Source: an uncultured delta proteobacterium (GTDB lineage: Bacteria > Myxococcota_A > Polyangia > Polyangiales > Houyiibacteriaceae). Taken from it: 64,000 nt of DNA. A program made the position numbers and the translations under genes. This document shows, piece after piece, positions 8,972-18,895 of this stretch; the stretch's first letter is position 1, and each line of letters starts with the position of its first letter. The notes below the pieces were generated by a model. That model ran no database searches, was not told where the DNA came from, and worked only from the letters and a program-made list of their open reading frames with translations. Location: NCBI GenBank assembly GCA_963746475.1, contig CAVVBB010000002.1:78935-142934 (forward strand). The letters are read 5' to 3'.

Positions 8972-10417
8972 TTAGAACGCACCACTGATCTGCAGCCGCC
9001 AGGCGAACTGGCTTCCGGCGTCGTTCACTTGGATGCTGTTCAGAGGCGAGACGGGGACCAAGCTTCCGCGCTCGCTTCCGACAAAATACTGGAAGTCGGT
9101 GCTGACTTTCACGTTGTCGAAGCCGGGGATCACATAATAGGAGGCACCGATTCCGAAGGCCTGGAAGTTGCTTGGCTGACGCTCGATGTCTTCTAGATCC
9201 GGTGGCACCACGCCCCTGAACTTGGGCTTACTTACGATGGAGTATTGGCCGAAAAGCTGCAGGTCCTGCAGGACGAAATAGCCGCCCATGAGCGTTACTC
9301 CGCCGCCGAAAACCTCCCCGGCCTCCTGGGTCGTCGCGGCTTTGGCAGCATCCTGTGCGACGACGCCGGCGAAGAAAGCACTCCATCCGTCGCCCCGCGT
9401 CGAAACGTCCACGGTTCCGACCATGATTCGGGCTGGCAGGCTGCCCTGCGTGTGACCTCCGTCTTGGTAGTGAAAGGCGCCCCCGAGACGAATCCCGAAG
9501 GGAGTTCCGCGCCGCGCGCTGAGACGGTTGAAGCCGAGGAGCTGCTTCTCGCCCCAGGCGTATTGTGTGCGCAGGGTGATTGCGTAGTCCGCGTTGCTGG
9601 GGGAGCGGATTTCTGAGAACCCAGTACGGAGACCGTCCGAGTAGCCCACGTTCACCGAGAAGCGATTGAGCAAGTAGGTCATCATGATGCCCTTGGAGCT
9701 GCCCGGCGTGTAAACGTTTTCGACGATCGAGTAGTCCAAGAACAAGAGGTCGGTGGGGTTGATCAGCGATTCGCCCAAGAGCTCGTTCATGAACAGTCCG
9801 GTGCGAAGCCGAAACTGCTTCCACTTCAGGTCGATGAAGGCGCGTTGAAACTCGAAGTCTCCGCCCGCGACCACCCCGAGCCGCATCACCAGTGCGACGA
9901 ACTCCGTAAGGCCGACGCCCAGCGTGAAACGGGCCCGTGCGACGTCGAAGCCTTGGGTTATGTGGTCATCCAGTTCTTCGCTGGCGGGGTCTTGATACCG
10001 GTCGGTTCGGTAGTTGAGCGTGTAACGCCCTTGCACCAGGCCGTTCAAAGACAAAAAGAACCAGTCGTTGACACCGACGACAAGGGCATCGCGGTAATCT
10101 ACTTCGACCTGTTCCGCCGCCGGCTCCGAGTCCGTCGTCTGCTCCGCCGGCGTTCCCGTCGTCTCGGCGGCGTCCTCGACGCTCGGCGTCTTTTCGTCGG
10201 GCAGGATTTCGAGATCGTGACTCGGGACCTGATCCTGGTCTTCGGGTCGAGCCGTGCTCAGGCTGGGATCCTCGACCGGGAGGGAGCTCGTGCTCGGCGA
10301 AGACGCCTGTCTGCGGGGTCGCGTCTCGGGGGCATCATCTGCTGCCACGGCTCCTGGTTGGAGCCAGGCCGCCAGCCAAAAGGCCGCGAGCAGAGGGGAC
10401 AACCTGCGGGTAGTCAT
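8972..10417 (-). CDS. Outer-membrane beta-barrel, porin (OprO/OprP-like)
   Basis: Signal peptide, disordered acidic N-terminus, amphipathic strands (GFDVARARF, RAFIDLKW), terminal Phe (RLQISGAF). Confidence 0.7.
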   Translation of the reverse strand: MTTRRLSPLLAAFWLAAWLQPGAVAADDAPETRPRRQASSPSTSSLPVEDPSLSTARPEDQDQVPSHDLEILPDEKTPSVEDAAETTGTPAEQTTDSEPAAEQVEVDYRDALVVGVNDWFFLSLNGLVQGRYTLNYRTDRYQDPASEELDDHITQGFDVARARFTLGVGLTEFVALVMRLGVVAGGDFEFQRAFIDLKWKQFRLRTGLFMNELLGESLINPTDLLFLDYSIVENVYTPGSSKGIMMTYLLNRFSVNVGYSDGLRTGFSEIRSPSNADYAITLRTQYAWGEKQLLGFNRLSARRGTPFGIRLGGAFHYQDGGHTQGSLPARIMVGTVDVSTRGDGWSAFFAGVVAQDAAKAATTQEAGEVFGGGVTLMGGYFVLQDLQLFGQYSIVSKPKFRGVVPPDLEDIERQPSNFQAFGIGASYYVIPGFDNVKVSTDFQYFVGSERGSLVPVSPLNSIQVNDAGSQFAWRLQISGAF

Positions 10418-10650
10418 CGGAACCGCTGAGCCGGATATCACATGTCTTGCAGGGGCGGGAGCTCATTCGTCCCGGATCTCGACCGAGCCGCGGAGATTCC
10501 AGGCCCTGTGGCGTTCCGGTATCGGTAGCTGCCCGGATAGCGTAAAATCCGCGAGACTCGTGACCCGGGATTGCCGCGACGTCTGGAGGACCCCATGTCA
10601 AATGAGATTTGGCTCAGGCTCGAGAGCAACCGGGAGAGGGCCGCCCGCGC

Positions 10651-11787
10651 ATGAAAGCACGTTCGAGGCAAGTCATTCTCGCCATTGCGGCGCTGCTGGT
10701 CGTCTTGGCCGTTCTGGCCGGCACGAAGGGCGCTCAGTTCCGAGCGATGCTCCAGGCGGGCGAGTCGTTTCAGCCTCCGCCCGAAGCGGTCACGACGGCG
10801 GTCGTCGCCCCGGACCGATGGGGATCCTCGATCACGGCCATCGGCTCGGTCCAACCCGTCATGGGGGTGATGCTGACCGCCGAGATTCCCGGGACCGTCC
10901 GCGAGATCCGATTTGAGTCGGGGCAAGAAGTGAAGAAGCGTGCGTTGCTCCTTCGGATGGACACGTCGACCGAGCAGGCCGAGCTCGCCGCAGCCCGAGC
11001 CGACGCTCAGCTTGCCGAAACGGAGCTCGCTCGCACGAAGACTCTGCTGCTGGCCTCGGCGAGCAGCGAGGCTGATCTGGACGCCGCGACCGCGCGGGCG
11101 GCGCGGGCCAAAGCGGCGGTACGAAACGTCGAATCGATCCTCTCGAAAAAGGTCATCCGCGCTCCTTTTTCCGGCCGCCTCGGGATCCGCATGGTGGACT
11201 TGGGCGAGTTTCTGACTCCCGGGACGCCGATCGTCGCGCTCGACGCTTCGCACCCGGCCTACGTAGACTTCCGCGTCCCGCAGCAGGCTTTGGGGAAACT
11301 TCGAGCCGGGCTCGAGATCGAAGTGACCGCCGACACGTTTGGGGACCGGGTCTGGACGGGCAAAGTCGACAGTCTCGACGTACGGGTCGATCCGAGCACT
11401 CGTAACGTCTTGGTCCGGGGGCTGGTGGACAACCAAGACGGAAGTCTTCGGCCGGGGATGTTCGTCACCGTCAGGGTCTCGCTCTCAGACGCGCGCGACG
11501 TTCTCCTGATCCCTGAGACGGCGGTGCTCTATGCTCCGTATGGGGATTCCGTATTCCTCGTGCGGGGCGCGGAGCAGACCGGAGCGGAGAGCAAGCCGAC
11601 CGTGGAGCAGGTCTTCGTGCGCCTCGGGGAGCGTCGTGGGGACTTGAGAGTCGTCACATCGGGACTCGAGGCGGGGCAGACCATCGTCTCGACCGGCGCC
11701 TTCAAGCTGCAAAACGGCAGCTCGATCATCGTGAACAACACGCTCGCGCCCGAGGTCAGCGCGAACCCCACACCCGACAATCAATGA
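10651..11787 (+). CDS. RND efflux periplasmic adaptor subunit
   Basis: EIPGTVREIRFESGQEVKK, IRAPFSGRLG and LRPGMFV motifs. Confidence 0.95.
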   Translation: MKARSRQVILAIAALLVVLAVLAGTKGAQFRAMLQAGESFQPPPEAVTTAVVAPDRWGSSITAIGSVQPVMGVMLTAEIPGTVREIRFESGQEVKKRALLLRMDTSTEQAELAAARADAQLAETELARTKTLLLASASSEADLDAATARAARAKAAVRNVESILSKKVIRAPFSGRLGIRMVDLGEFLTPGTPIVALDASHPAYVDFRVPQQALGKLRAGLEIEVTADTFGDRVWTGKVDSLDVRVDPSTRNVLVRGLVDNQDGSLRPGMFVTVRVSLSDARDVLLIPETAVLYAPYGDSVFLVRGAEQTGAESKPTVEQVFVRLGERRGDLRVVTSGLEAGQTIVSTGAFKLQNGSSIIVNNTLAPEVSANPTPDNQ

Positions 11788-11803
11788 CGCGGGTGGAGCC
11801 CTC

Positions 11804-14800
11804 ATGAAGCTGACAGACCTCTTCATTCGTCGTCCCGTCATCGCGATCGTCCTCAACGTCTTGATCGTCATCGGGGGCCTGCAGGCCATCCGCTCACTCA
11901 ATGTGCGCCAGTACCCTCGAAACGAGAACGCCGCGATCACGGTCACCACGGTCTACGTCGGCGCGAATGCAGAGCTGGTGCGCGGCTTCATCACCACGCC
12001 GCTCGAACGCGCGATCGCGTCGGCCGATGGCATCGACTACATCGAGTCGCAAAGCACGCAGGGCATGTCGGTCATTCGCGCTAATTTGCGACTCAACCAC
12101 GACTCCATTCGGGCGCTTTCCGAAATCAGCGCGAAAGTGGACCAGGTCCGCGGCGACCTTCCTCCCGAGGCCGAGGTTCCGACGATCAACATCGAGTCCG
12201 TCGAAAGTCAGTTTGCCTCGGCCTACTTGAGCTTCTCATCCGACTTCCTCGAGCAGAACGAAATCACCGATTATCTAGTTCGAATCGTACAGCCCCGGCT
12301 CTCCGCCATCAAAGGCGTTCAAAAGGCTGAGATCCTCGGGGCGAGGACCTTCGCCATGCGGATCTGGCTCGATCCCGACAAGCTCGCAGCGCACGGCGTC
12401 ACACCCGTCGATGTGCAGCGTGCGCTCGCGGCCAACAACTACCTCGCCGCGGTCGGTCAGACCAAAGGCTCTCTGATTCGGGTCAACTTGACGGCGAATA
12501 CGGATCTCAGCTTCGTCGAAGAGTTCGCGAGGCTCGTCATCCGTGAGAGCGACGGGGCTAGCATTCGGATCCAGGACGTCGGCACGGTGGTGCTCGGAGC
12601 CGAGACCTACGACGAACGCGTCAACTTCACAGGTCAGACGGCGGTGTTCATCGGCGCCTTCGTCCTTCCCAATGCCAATGCGCTGGATGTGATTCGCGAC
12701 GTCCGAAAGGAGCTCGAAGAGATCAAAAAGGGCCTCCCAAATCAGCTCCAGGCGACGGTCGCGTACGATTCGACGGAGTACATCGAAGATGCGCTGAAGG
12801 AGGTGGTCACGACGCTTCTCGAGACGCTCCTGATCGTGATCGTCGTGATTCTCTTGTTCTTGGGATCGCTGAGATCCGTTCTGGTCCCCGTCGTCGCGAT
12901 TCCCGTGTCTCTGATCGGGGCCGTATTCTTGATGCAGCTGTTTGGGTTCACCCTGAACCTGCTCACCCTGCTGGCGATCGTGCTGTCCGTCGGCATCGTG
13001 GTGGACGACGCCATCGTGATGGTCGAGAACGTGGAGAGGCACCTGCGCGAGGGTATGAGCAGGACCGAAGCGGCCATCGAGGGTGCTCGTGAGCTCGTTT
13101 CGCCGATCATTGCGATGACGATCACGCTGGCGGCCGTGTATGCGCCGATCGCGTTTCAGGGCGGGCTCACCGGTTCGCTGTTTCGGGAGTTCGCGCTGAC
13201 ATTGGCCGGGGCAGTGCTGATTTCCGGAATCGTGGCCTTGACCCTGTCACCGGTCATGTCCGCCAGTCTTCTGAAGGAGCACCGGAGCGAGCGCGGCCTG
13301 AGCGCACGGATCGATGCCGGGTTTCAACGATTGCGGGACGCCTACGCACGCCGGCTCGACGTGGCCTTGGCGAACCGGACCGCCGTGTACATCGTGTGGA
13401 TAGGGCTGAGTGCGCTCGGCTTGCTGATGTTCGCGATGTCGGCCCGCGAGCTGGCACCCACCGAAGACCAGGGCGTCATCTTCGGAATCCTCGAGACCCC
13501 GTCCAACGCCACGCTCGACCAGCTCGGCCCGTTCATCGACGCGATCCACGGCGAAGCGATGTCCGTACCCGAAGCTCAGTTTACCTTCCAGATCACGAGT
13601 CCGGCGGGAGGTTTCTGGGGGGTAGGGCTCATCCCTTGGGCGAAGCGCGACCGCACCGTCTTTCAGGTGCTTCCCGAGATCACCGCCAAAATGATGGCGA
13701 TGCCCGGGATCCGCACGTTTCCGGTGCTGCCTCCTGCCCTTCCGGGGGGAGGCCAGTTTCCCGTCGAGTTCGTCGTCGCCTCGACCGCCGAGACGGCGCA
13801 GATTCTCGAGCGGGTGCAAGAGCTTCAACGCCGCGCGACCCAAAGCGGGATGTTTGCCTTTCCGCCCATCATCGATGTGAAGATCGACCAGCCTGAGTCC
13901 GAGATCGTGCTCGATCGGGAGTCGATCGCGAATATGGGACTGGACCTACAGGCGGTCGGCAAACAGCTTGCGGCCGCAGTGGGCGGCAACTACGTCAATC
14001 GATTCAGTGTCGCGGGTCGGAGCTACAAGGTCATCCCGCAGCTGGCGCGCCGCGATCGACTCAACCCCGAACAGCTCGAGGACATCTACATTGCGGCGCC
14101 TTCCGGCGATCTTCTTCCGCTGGCCACCTTTGCCAGCGTCGAGGACACGGTGACTCCGCGTTCGCTCAACCGGTTTCAGCAGCTCAATTCGGTCAAACTC
14201 TCGGGTGTCGCAATTCGACCTCTGGACGAAGCACTGGGTTTTCTCGAAACTCAGGCCGAAGAACTCCTGCCTCAGGGATACAGGATCGACTACACCGGCG
14301 AATCGCGCCAACTGCGCAAGGAAGCCAACACCTTCCTGCCCGCCTTCGGCCTGGCGATAGTGCTGATCTTCTTGGTCCTGGCGGCGCAGTTCAATAGCTT
14401 TCGCGATCCCTTCGTGATTCTGGCGGGTTCGGTTCCACTCGCGATGTTTGGCGCTTCGATCTTCACCTTCTTGAAGATGCCGGACCCCAACACGAGCTTT
14501 TTCACCGACGGCTGGACCACCACCCTCAACGTGTATTCGCAGGTCGGGCTGGTGACCCTGATCGGACTGATCTCGAAAAACGGGATCCTGATCGTCGAGT
14601 TCGCCAACGCGCTGCAGCGAGCGGGGCACAGCAAGCTCGAGGCGGTCCAGCTAGCGTCTGCGACCCGCCTGAGGCCCATCTTGATGACCACGCTCGCAAC
14701 CGTGTTCGGTCATTTTCCGTTGACGCTCGTCTCGGGACCGGGCGCGGAGGCGAGAAATAGCATTGGTCTCGTGCTCGTCGGGGGCATGACCATCGGAACC

Positions 14801-14875
14801 TTCTTTACCCTGTTCTTCGTTCCGACGATTTATCTTCTGGTCGCGCGGGATCACAAGGGTACAGGAGCTTCCTGA
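11804..14875 (+). CDS. RND efflux permease (AcrB/MexW-like)
   Basis: FIRRPV, GIVVDDAIVMVEN, KNGILIVEFAN and RLRPILMT motifs; 1023 aa. Confidence 0.97.
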   Translation: MKLTDLFIRRPVIAIVLNVLIVIGGLQAIRSLNVRQYPRNENAAITVTTVYVGANAELVRGFITTPLERAIASADGIDYIESQSTQGMSVIRANLRLNHDSIRALSEISAKVDQVRGDLPPEAEVPTINIESVESQFASAYLSFSSDFLEQNEITDYLVRIVQPRLSAIKGVQKAEILGARTFAMRIWLDPDKLAAHGVTPVDVQRALAANNYLAAVGQTKGSLIRVNLTANTDLSFVEEFARLVIRESDGASIRIQDVGTVVLGAETYDERVNFTGQTAVFIGAFVLPNANALDVIRDVRKELEEIKKGLPNQLQATVAYDSTEYIEDALKEVVTTLLETLLIVIVVILLFLGSLRSVLVPVVAIPVSLIGAVFLMQLFGFTLNLLTLLAIVLSVGIVVDDAIVMVENVERHLREGMSRTEAAIEGARELVSPIIAMTITLAAVYAPIAFQGGLTGSLFREFALTLAGAVLISGIVALTLSPVMSASLLKEHRSERGLSARIDAGFQRLRDAYARRLDVALANRTAVYIVWIGLSALGLLMFAMSARELAPTEDQGVIFGILETPSNATLDQLGPFIDAIHGEAMSVPEAQFTFQITSPAGGFWGVGLIPWAKRDRTVFQVLPEITAKMMAMPGIRTFPVLPPALPGGGQFPVEFVVASTAETAQILERVQELQRRATQSGMFAFPPIIDVKIDQPESEIVLDRESIANMGLDLQAVGKQLAAAVGGNYVNRFSVAGRSYKVIPQLARRDRLNPEQLEDIYIAAPSGDLLPLATFASVEDTVTPRSLNRFQQLNSVKLSGVAIRPLDEALGFLETQAEELLPQGYRIDYTGESRQLRKEANTFLPAFGLAIVLIFLVLAAQFNSFRDPFVILAGSVPLAMFGASIFTFLKMPDPNTSFFTDGWTTTLNVYSQVGLVTLIGLISKNGILIVEFANALQRAGHSKLEAVQLASATRLRPILMTTLATVFGHFPLTLVSGPGAEARNSIGLVLVGGMTIGTFFTLFFVPTIYLLVARDHKGTGAS

Positions 14876-15033
14876 CGCGCAACGAGTGTCGGCGCAGGGC
14901 AGCCGCCGTTCAGGGACTACACGACGCTGGCGCGTCGTATCGGCATACTTCCGGGGTTGAGAACCGTGGTAGCTTTCGTCCTGCATGTGGAGGACTGCCT
15001 GGGCGTCCCCAACAGACCGAAAGTCACTACGTC

Positions 15034-15873
15034 ATGAATGCCGTCATCAATGAGATCAGCAGCGCGCAGAAGGCGTCCTGGAACAGGTTCTCACCGGGAT
15101 GGAAGAAATGGGACTCACTCACCATGGCGTTTCTCGCGCCACATGGACGGGCGATCATCGACCACTTGAAGCCTGCGGGCGATTCGGTGGTGTTGGACGT
15201 CGCTGCCGGGACCGGAGAGCCCGGGCTCTCCATGGCTCGCGCGCTTTCGAGCGGTCGAGTTGTGTTGACTGATCTTTCGGAGGGCATGCTGGAGGTGGCC
15301 AGAGGCAAAGCCTCCGCGGCGGGTGTCGACAACGTGGAGTTCCAAGTGGCCGATGCCTGTCAGCTACCCTTCGAGGACGACACTTTTGACGCAGTGAGCT
15401 GCCGCCTGGGCTTCATGTTCTTCGCGGACATGCAGCTAGCCGCCCAGGAAATGACGCGTGTGCTCAAGCCGGGCGGCCGCATCGCGGTCACGGTATGGGG
15501 TGCTCCAGAGAGCAATTTCTGGATCACTTGCATGATGCAAAACATCAGCAAGCACATCGCCGTGCCGCCACCCGCAGCGGGTGCACCGGCGATGTTCCGT
15601 TGCGCCCAGCCAGGCTTGCTCAGTGGCCTCTTCACGGGAACTGGGCTCGAGGCGGTCGCCGAGTCCGATATCCCATGCAAATTGGACTGCGGCAGTGCCC
15701 AGGGCTACTGGGACATGATGACGGAAGTGGCCGCGCCTTTCGTCGCCGCGTTGAGCACGGCGGACGAGGCCACGGTGAGCGCGGTCAAAGCAGGCGTGGT
15801 CGCGTCAATGAACGAACGCCATCCCGACGGGGCCATCGACGCTTTGGGAAGGCTCGTCGTCGCCGCGAAGTGA
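15034..15873 (+). CDS. Class I SAM-dependent methyltransferase
   Basis: VLDVAAGTG, LPFEDDTFDAV and RVLKPGG motifs. Confidence 0.92.
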   Translation: MNAVINEISSAQKASWNRFSPGWKKWDSLTMAFLAPHGRAIIDHLKPAGDSVVLDVAAGTGEPGLSMARALSSGRVVLTDLSEGMLEVARGKASAAGVDNVEFQVADACQLPFEDDTFDAVSCRLGFMFFADMQLAAQEMTRVLKPGGRIAVTVWGAPESNFWITCMMQNISKHIAVPPPAAGAPAMFRCAQPGLLSGLFTGTGLEAVAESDIPCKLDCGSAQGYWDMMTEVAAPFVAALSTADEATVSAVKAGVVASMNERHPDGAIDALGRLVVAAK

Positions 15874-15906
15874 TCCTTGCGCCGACGGGTCGTCCCAAAG
15901 CCGCGA

Positions 15907-16512
15907 TCAAGCTCGATTCCGGTTCCAGACGAGCGTCATGTTGTTCGCCGGCATCTGGACTTGCTCGGCGAGCGTCAAGCCATGCTCCGAGGCGAGGGCG
16001 CGGAGCTCGCCCAGGTCGCGGACGCCCCAGCTGGGGTTACGCGCGCGCAGTTGCTGATCGAACGTCGCGTTGCTCGGCGCGGTATGGGCACCCGCGACCC
16101 GGTAGGGGCCGTAGGTAATGAGCATGCCCTCGTCTCGCAGGCTGTCTTCCGCTCCTCGGAAGAGTGCCTGCGTGCTCGTCCAGGGGCTGATGTGAATCAT
16201 GTTGATGCACAGCACCGCGTCGAGCTCGCGCAGGGGCCAGGGCTGCTCGCAGACATCGAGGCGCAGCGGCGGGGCAAGGTTCGGTAGAGGCTCGTCATGG
16301 ACCCAGGCCCGAATGCTGCCGAGCGCATCCTCCGAGGCATCCGAAGGCAGCCAACGCAGGCTCGGCAGATTTTCCGCAAAGAAACGCGCGTGCTGGCCCG
16401 TCCCACTGGCGATCTCCAGCACCTGCCCCTCCGTTGGGAGGATCCTACGGAGAACGTCCAAGATGGGGCCTCGATTGCGATCGGCGGCCGGGGCGAAGCC
16501 CTTGTTTTGCAT
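15907..16512 (-). CDS. DUF938 family methyltransferase-like protein
   Basis: APAADRNRGPI, LEIASGTGQH, NMIHISPW, YGPY and MPANN motifs. Confidence 0.92.
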   Translation of the reverse strand: MQNKGFAPAADRNRGPILDVLRRILPTEGQVLEIASGTGQHARFFAENLPSLRWLPSDASEDALGSIRAWVHDEPLPNLAPPLRLDVCEQPWPLRELDAVLCINMIHISPWTSTQALFRGAEDSLRDEGMLITYGPYRVAGAHTAPSNATFDQQLRARNPSWGVRDLGELRALASEHGLTLAEQVQMPANNMTLVWNRNRA

Positions 16513-16628
16513 GAGACTAGCAAACCCCTAGGAGCGGGGCGCGGCAAGCTGAAATGCGAGTCGCAAAAGGACAAGTGATGGTCTACTAGGTAAACGAGCC
16601 GTGTTTGTCGACACGGTCGCTGCGCTTC

Positions 16629-17255
16629 ATGACAAGGGTTCTCGCCGGAGGTTCACGGATGCTCGCGTTCAGGGTCTCGAGTTGGCTCGCATGGCTGGCT
16701 CTCATCGGGTTGGCCGTTGCAGCTTGCAGGCAGGTCGACGCGACGCCGATGCTCGCGGGACCTCCGCAGCTGAGCGCCGGCGCCGAAGACCTGACCGAAG
16801 CCAGCTCGTACGCGCAGAGCCTGGAACAGGACATCGCGCTACTCTATGCTGCCTGTGAGCGGAGCTATACGTATCACCAGGCTTCGGCAGAGAAGCACGA
16901 GCGTCAGAGCAAGCGAAAGACCCGCTGGCTCAAGTCCATCGCGGTGCTCGCGAGCGTCGTCGGCGATGCGGCGATGAAGCAAGACCCGTATCCGGCCGAA
17001 GGCGACCCATACTCTGGAGCGCGCAGCCGCCGCCGCCCCCCGCAGCTCGCGCCGCGTCCGGAGTACGCCTACCAACAGAAAGCTCGGTCCCAAACTGCGG
17101 AGTCCCGCCTCAGAGCCCAAAGCCTCAACGCATCGATCATGACGCTGCACGACTTCGTCGAGGAGCACGGGAACCCGGATGACTGGGAAGCGACCGAGAG
17201 GGCCCAGTATCGCGTCCTCTTCGAGGACAGCGAGCAAGCCTGCCTCCATCGTTGA
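16629..17255 (+). CDS. Hypothetical lipoprotein
   Basis: Hydrophobic stretch ending LAVAAC; helical composition; fills the gap between neighbours. Start uncertain. Confidence 0.6.
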   Translation: MTRVLAGGSRMLAFRVSSWLAWLALIGLAVAACRQVDATPMLAGPPQLSAGAEDLTEASSYAQSLEQDIALLYAACERSYTYHQASAEKHERQSKRKTRWLKSIAVLASVVGDAAMKQDPYPAEGDPYSGARSRRRPPQLAPRPEYAYQQKARSQTAESRLRAQSLNASIMTLHDFVEEHGNPDDWEATERAQYRVLFEDSEQACLHR

Positions 17256-17273
17256 GGAGGTCTCGTCGTGGCG

Positions 17274-18887
17274 TCAGCTTTCGAGCAGCCGTCGCGCGAC
17301 GACATGCGCCTGGATCTCGTTGGCGCCCTCGAAGATGCTGAGCACGCGGGAGTCGACCAGGAGCCGGGAGGCCAGGTACTCCTCCGCGTAGCCGTTGCCC
17401 CCGTGAATCTGCACGTTCGCATCGGCGGCTTCCCAGGCGGCTCGGGTCGCGAGCAGCTTGGCCATGCCAGCTTCGAGGTCGCAGCGCTTGTCCAGGTCCT
17501 TCTGCCGCGCGCTGAAGTACGTGAGCTGCCGTGCGGCCTGCACACGTACCACCATGCGTCCGATCTTGCGAGCGACACGCGGGAACTGAAAGATCGGTCC
17601 GCCGAACTGCTCACGCTCGTTGGCGTAGAGCAGGGCGTCTTCGAGCGCTGCCTGGGCGACTCCGACGCCGCGCGCGGCGGTCTGGATGCGTGCGCTCTCG
17701 AAGGTGCGCATGAGCTGCTTGAAGCCGGCGCCTTCTTTGCCACCGAGCAAGGCTTCTTCGGGAAGCTGGAAGTTGTCGAAGCTGAGCTCGTACTCCTTCA
17801 TGCCCCGGTAGCCGAGCACCTTGATCTCGGTGCCCGTGAGACCCTCGTCGACGAACTCCGGCTCGCCGTTCTCTCCGGTGAGGCGTGTCTTTTCCGCGAG
17901 AAACATCGACAGCCCGCGGTAGCCGGGCTCCGAGGGGTTGGTGCGCGCCAGCAGGGTCATCAGGTCGGCGCGTACGGCATGGGTGATCCATGTCTTGGCG
18001 CCGCTGACCGTGTAGTTGCCGTCGGCTTGCTTCACGGCACGCGTAGCCAGGTGGGCCAAGTCCGAGCCCGTGTTCGGCTCGGTGAACACCGCGGTCGACA
18101 GAACTTCGCCCGCGGCGATGGCGGGCAGCCAGCGTTGTTTCTGCTCCTCGGTGCCGCCGCCCAGGATGAGCTCGGCTGCGATTTCGGCGCGCGTGCCCAG
18201 AGAGCCGACGCCGATGTAGCCGCGCGAGAGCTCTTCGGTGACGACGCACATCGCGACCTTGCTCATGCCGAGCCCGCCGTAGCCCTCGGGAATCGTCAGA
18301 CCGAACACACCGAGCTCGCTCATCTGGTCCACGATGTCCATCGGGATGAGGATGTCTTGGCGGTGGATCTCCTGTGCGCGTGGGACGATCTCGGCATCGA
18401 CGAACTTGGCGAACTGCGAGCGCACTTCGTCGAGCATCTCGTCGCCGAGGCCGGGGTTCGGGAAGCCCTCGTCCTTGGCTCGCGCGGCAAGCTCGAGATA
18501 CACGTCGCCGCTGGCCTGCTCGGCCGCGAACTTCACGACCTGCGGATCGAGAAGCGTGGCCTGCAAGTCCTCGCGCGTGATCCCGAGGTCATCGAGGCTG
18601 ACGTTTTCACAGGCGCCGAGGTCTACGCCGCCCCGGAGTGAGCGAGCCACCTCGCCGATGTAGGCGCTTGCGACGAGAGTCTCGTATTCGTCACCGGCGC
18701 GCTTCGCCCAGTCGGCCAGCTGCCGGCAGGCCTCGAGCTCGGTGGCCATGTAGGCGACGGCGTGCGCCACGAGCTGATGCTGGTTGAGCCGCTTGGCGCT
18801 CAACTTGCCGTCTTCGAAGACCCGTTCCTTGATGTTGTCGTGGGCGCGCTGATAGAGGGCGCCGATCGCGTCGATCACGTGATCCAT
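17274..18887 (-). CDS. mcd: Acyl-CoA dehydrogenase, probably (2S)-methylsuccinyl-CoA dehydrogenase
   Basis: ACAD core with N-terminal extension; TAVFTEPNTGSDLA, IKVLGYRGMKEY, FESARIQTAAR; directly downstream of ccr; GGAGA RBS before ATG 18887. Confidence 0.88.
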   Translation of the reverse strand: MDHVIDAIGALYQRAHDNIKERVFEDGKLSAKRLNQHQLVAHAVAYMATELEACRQLADWAKRAGDEYETLVASAYIGEVARSLRGGVDLGACENVSLDDLGITREDLQATLLDPQVVKFAAEQASGDVYLELAARAKDEGFPNPGLGDEMLDEVRSQFAKFVDAEIVPRAQEIHRQDILIPMDIVDQMSELGVFGLTIPEGYGGLGMSKVAMCVVTEELSRGYIGVGSLGTRAEIAAELILGGGTEEQKQRWLPAIAAGEVLSTAVFTEPNTGSDLAHLATRAVKQADGNYTVSGAKTWITHAVRADLMTLLARTNPSEPGYRGLSMFLAEKTRLTGENGEPEFVDEGLTGTEIKVLGYRGMKEYELSFDNFQLPEEALLGGKEGAGFKQLMRTFESARIQTAARGVGVAQAALEDALLYANEREQFGGPIFQFPRVARKIGRMVVRVQAARQLTYFSARQKDLDKRCDLEAGMAKLLATRAAWEAADANVQIHGGNGYAEEYLASRLLVDSRVLSIFEGANEIQAHVVARRLLES

Positions 18888-18895
18888 GGGTTCTC

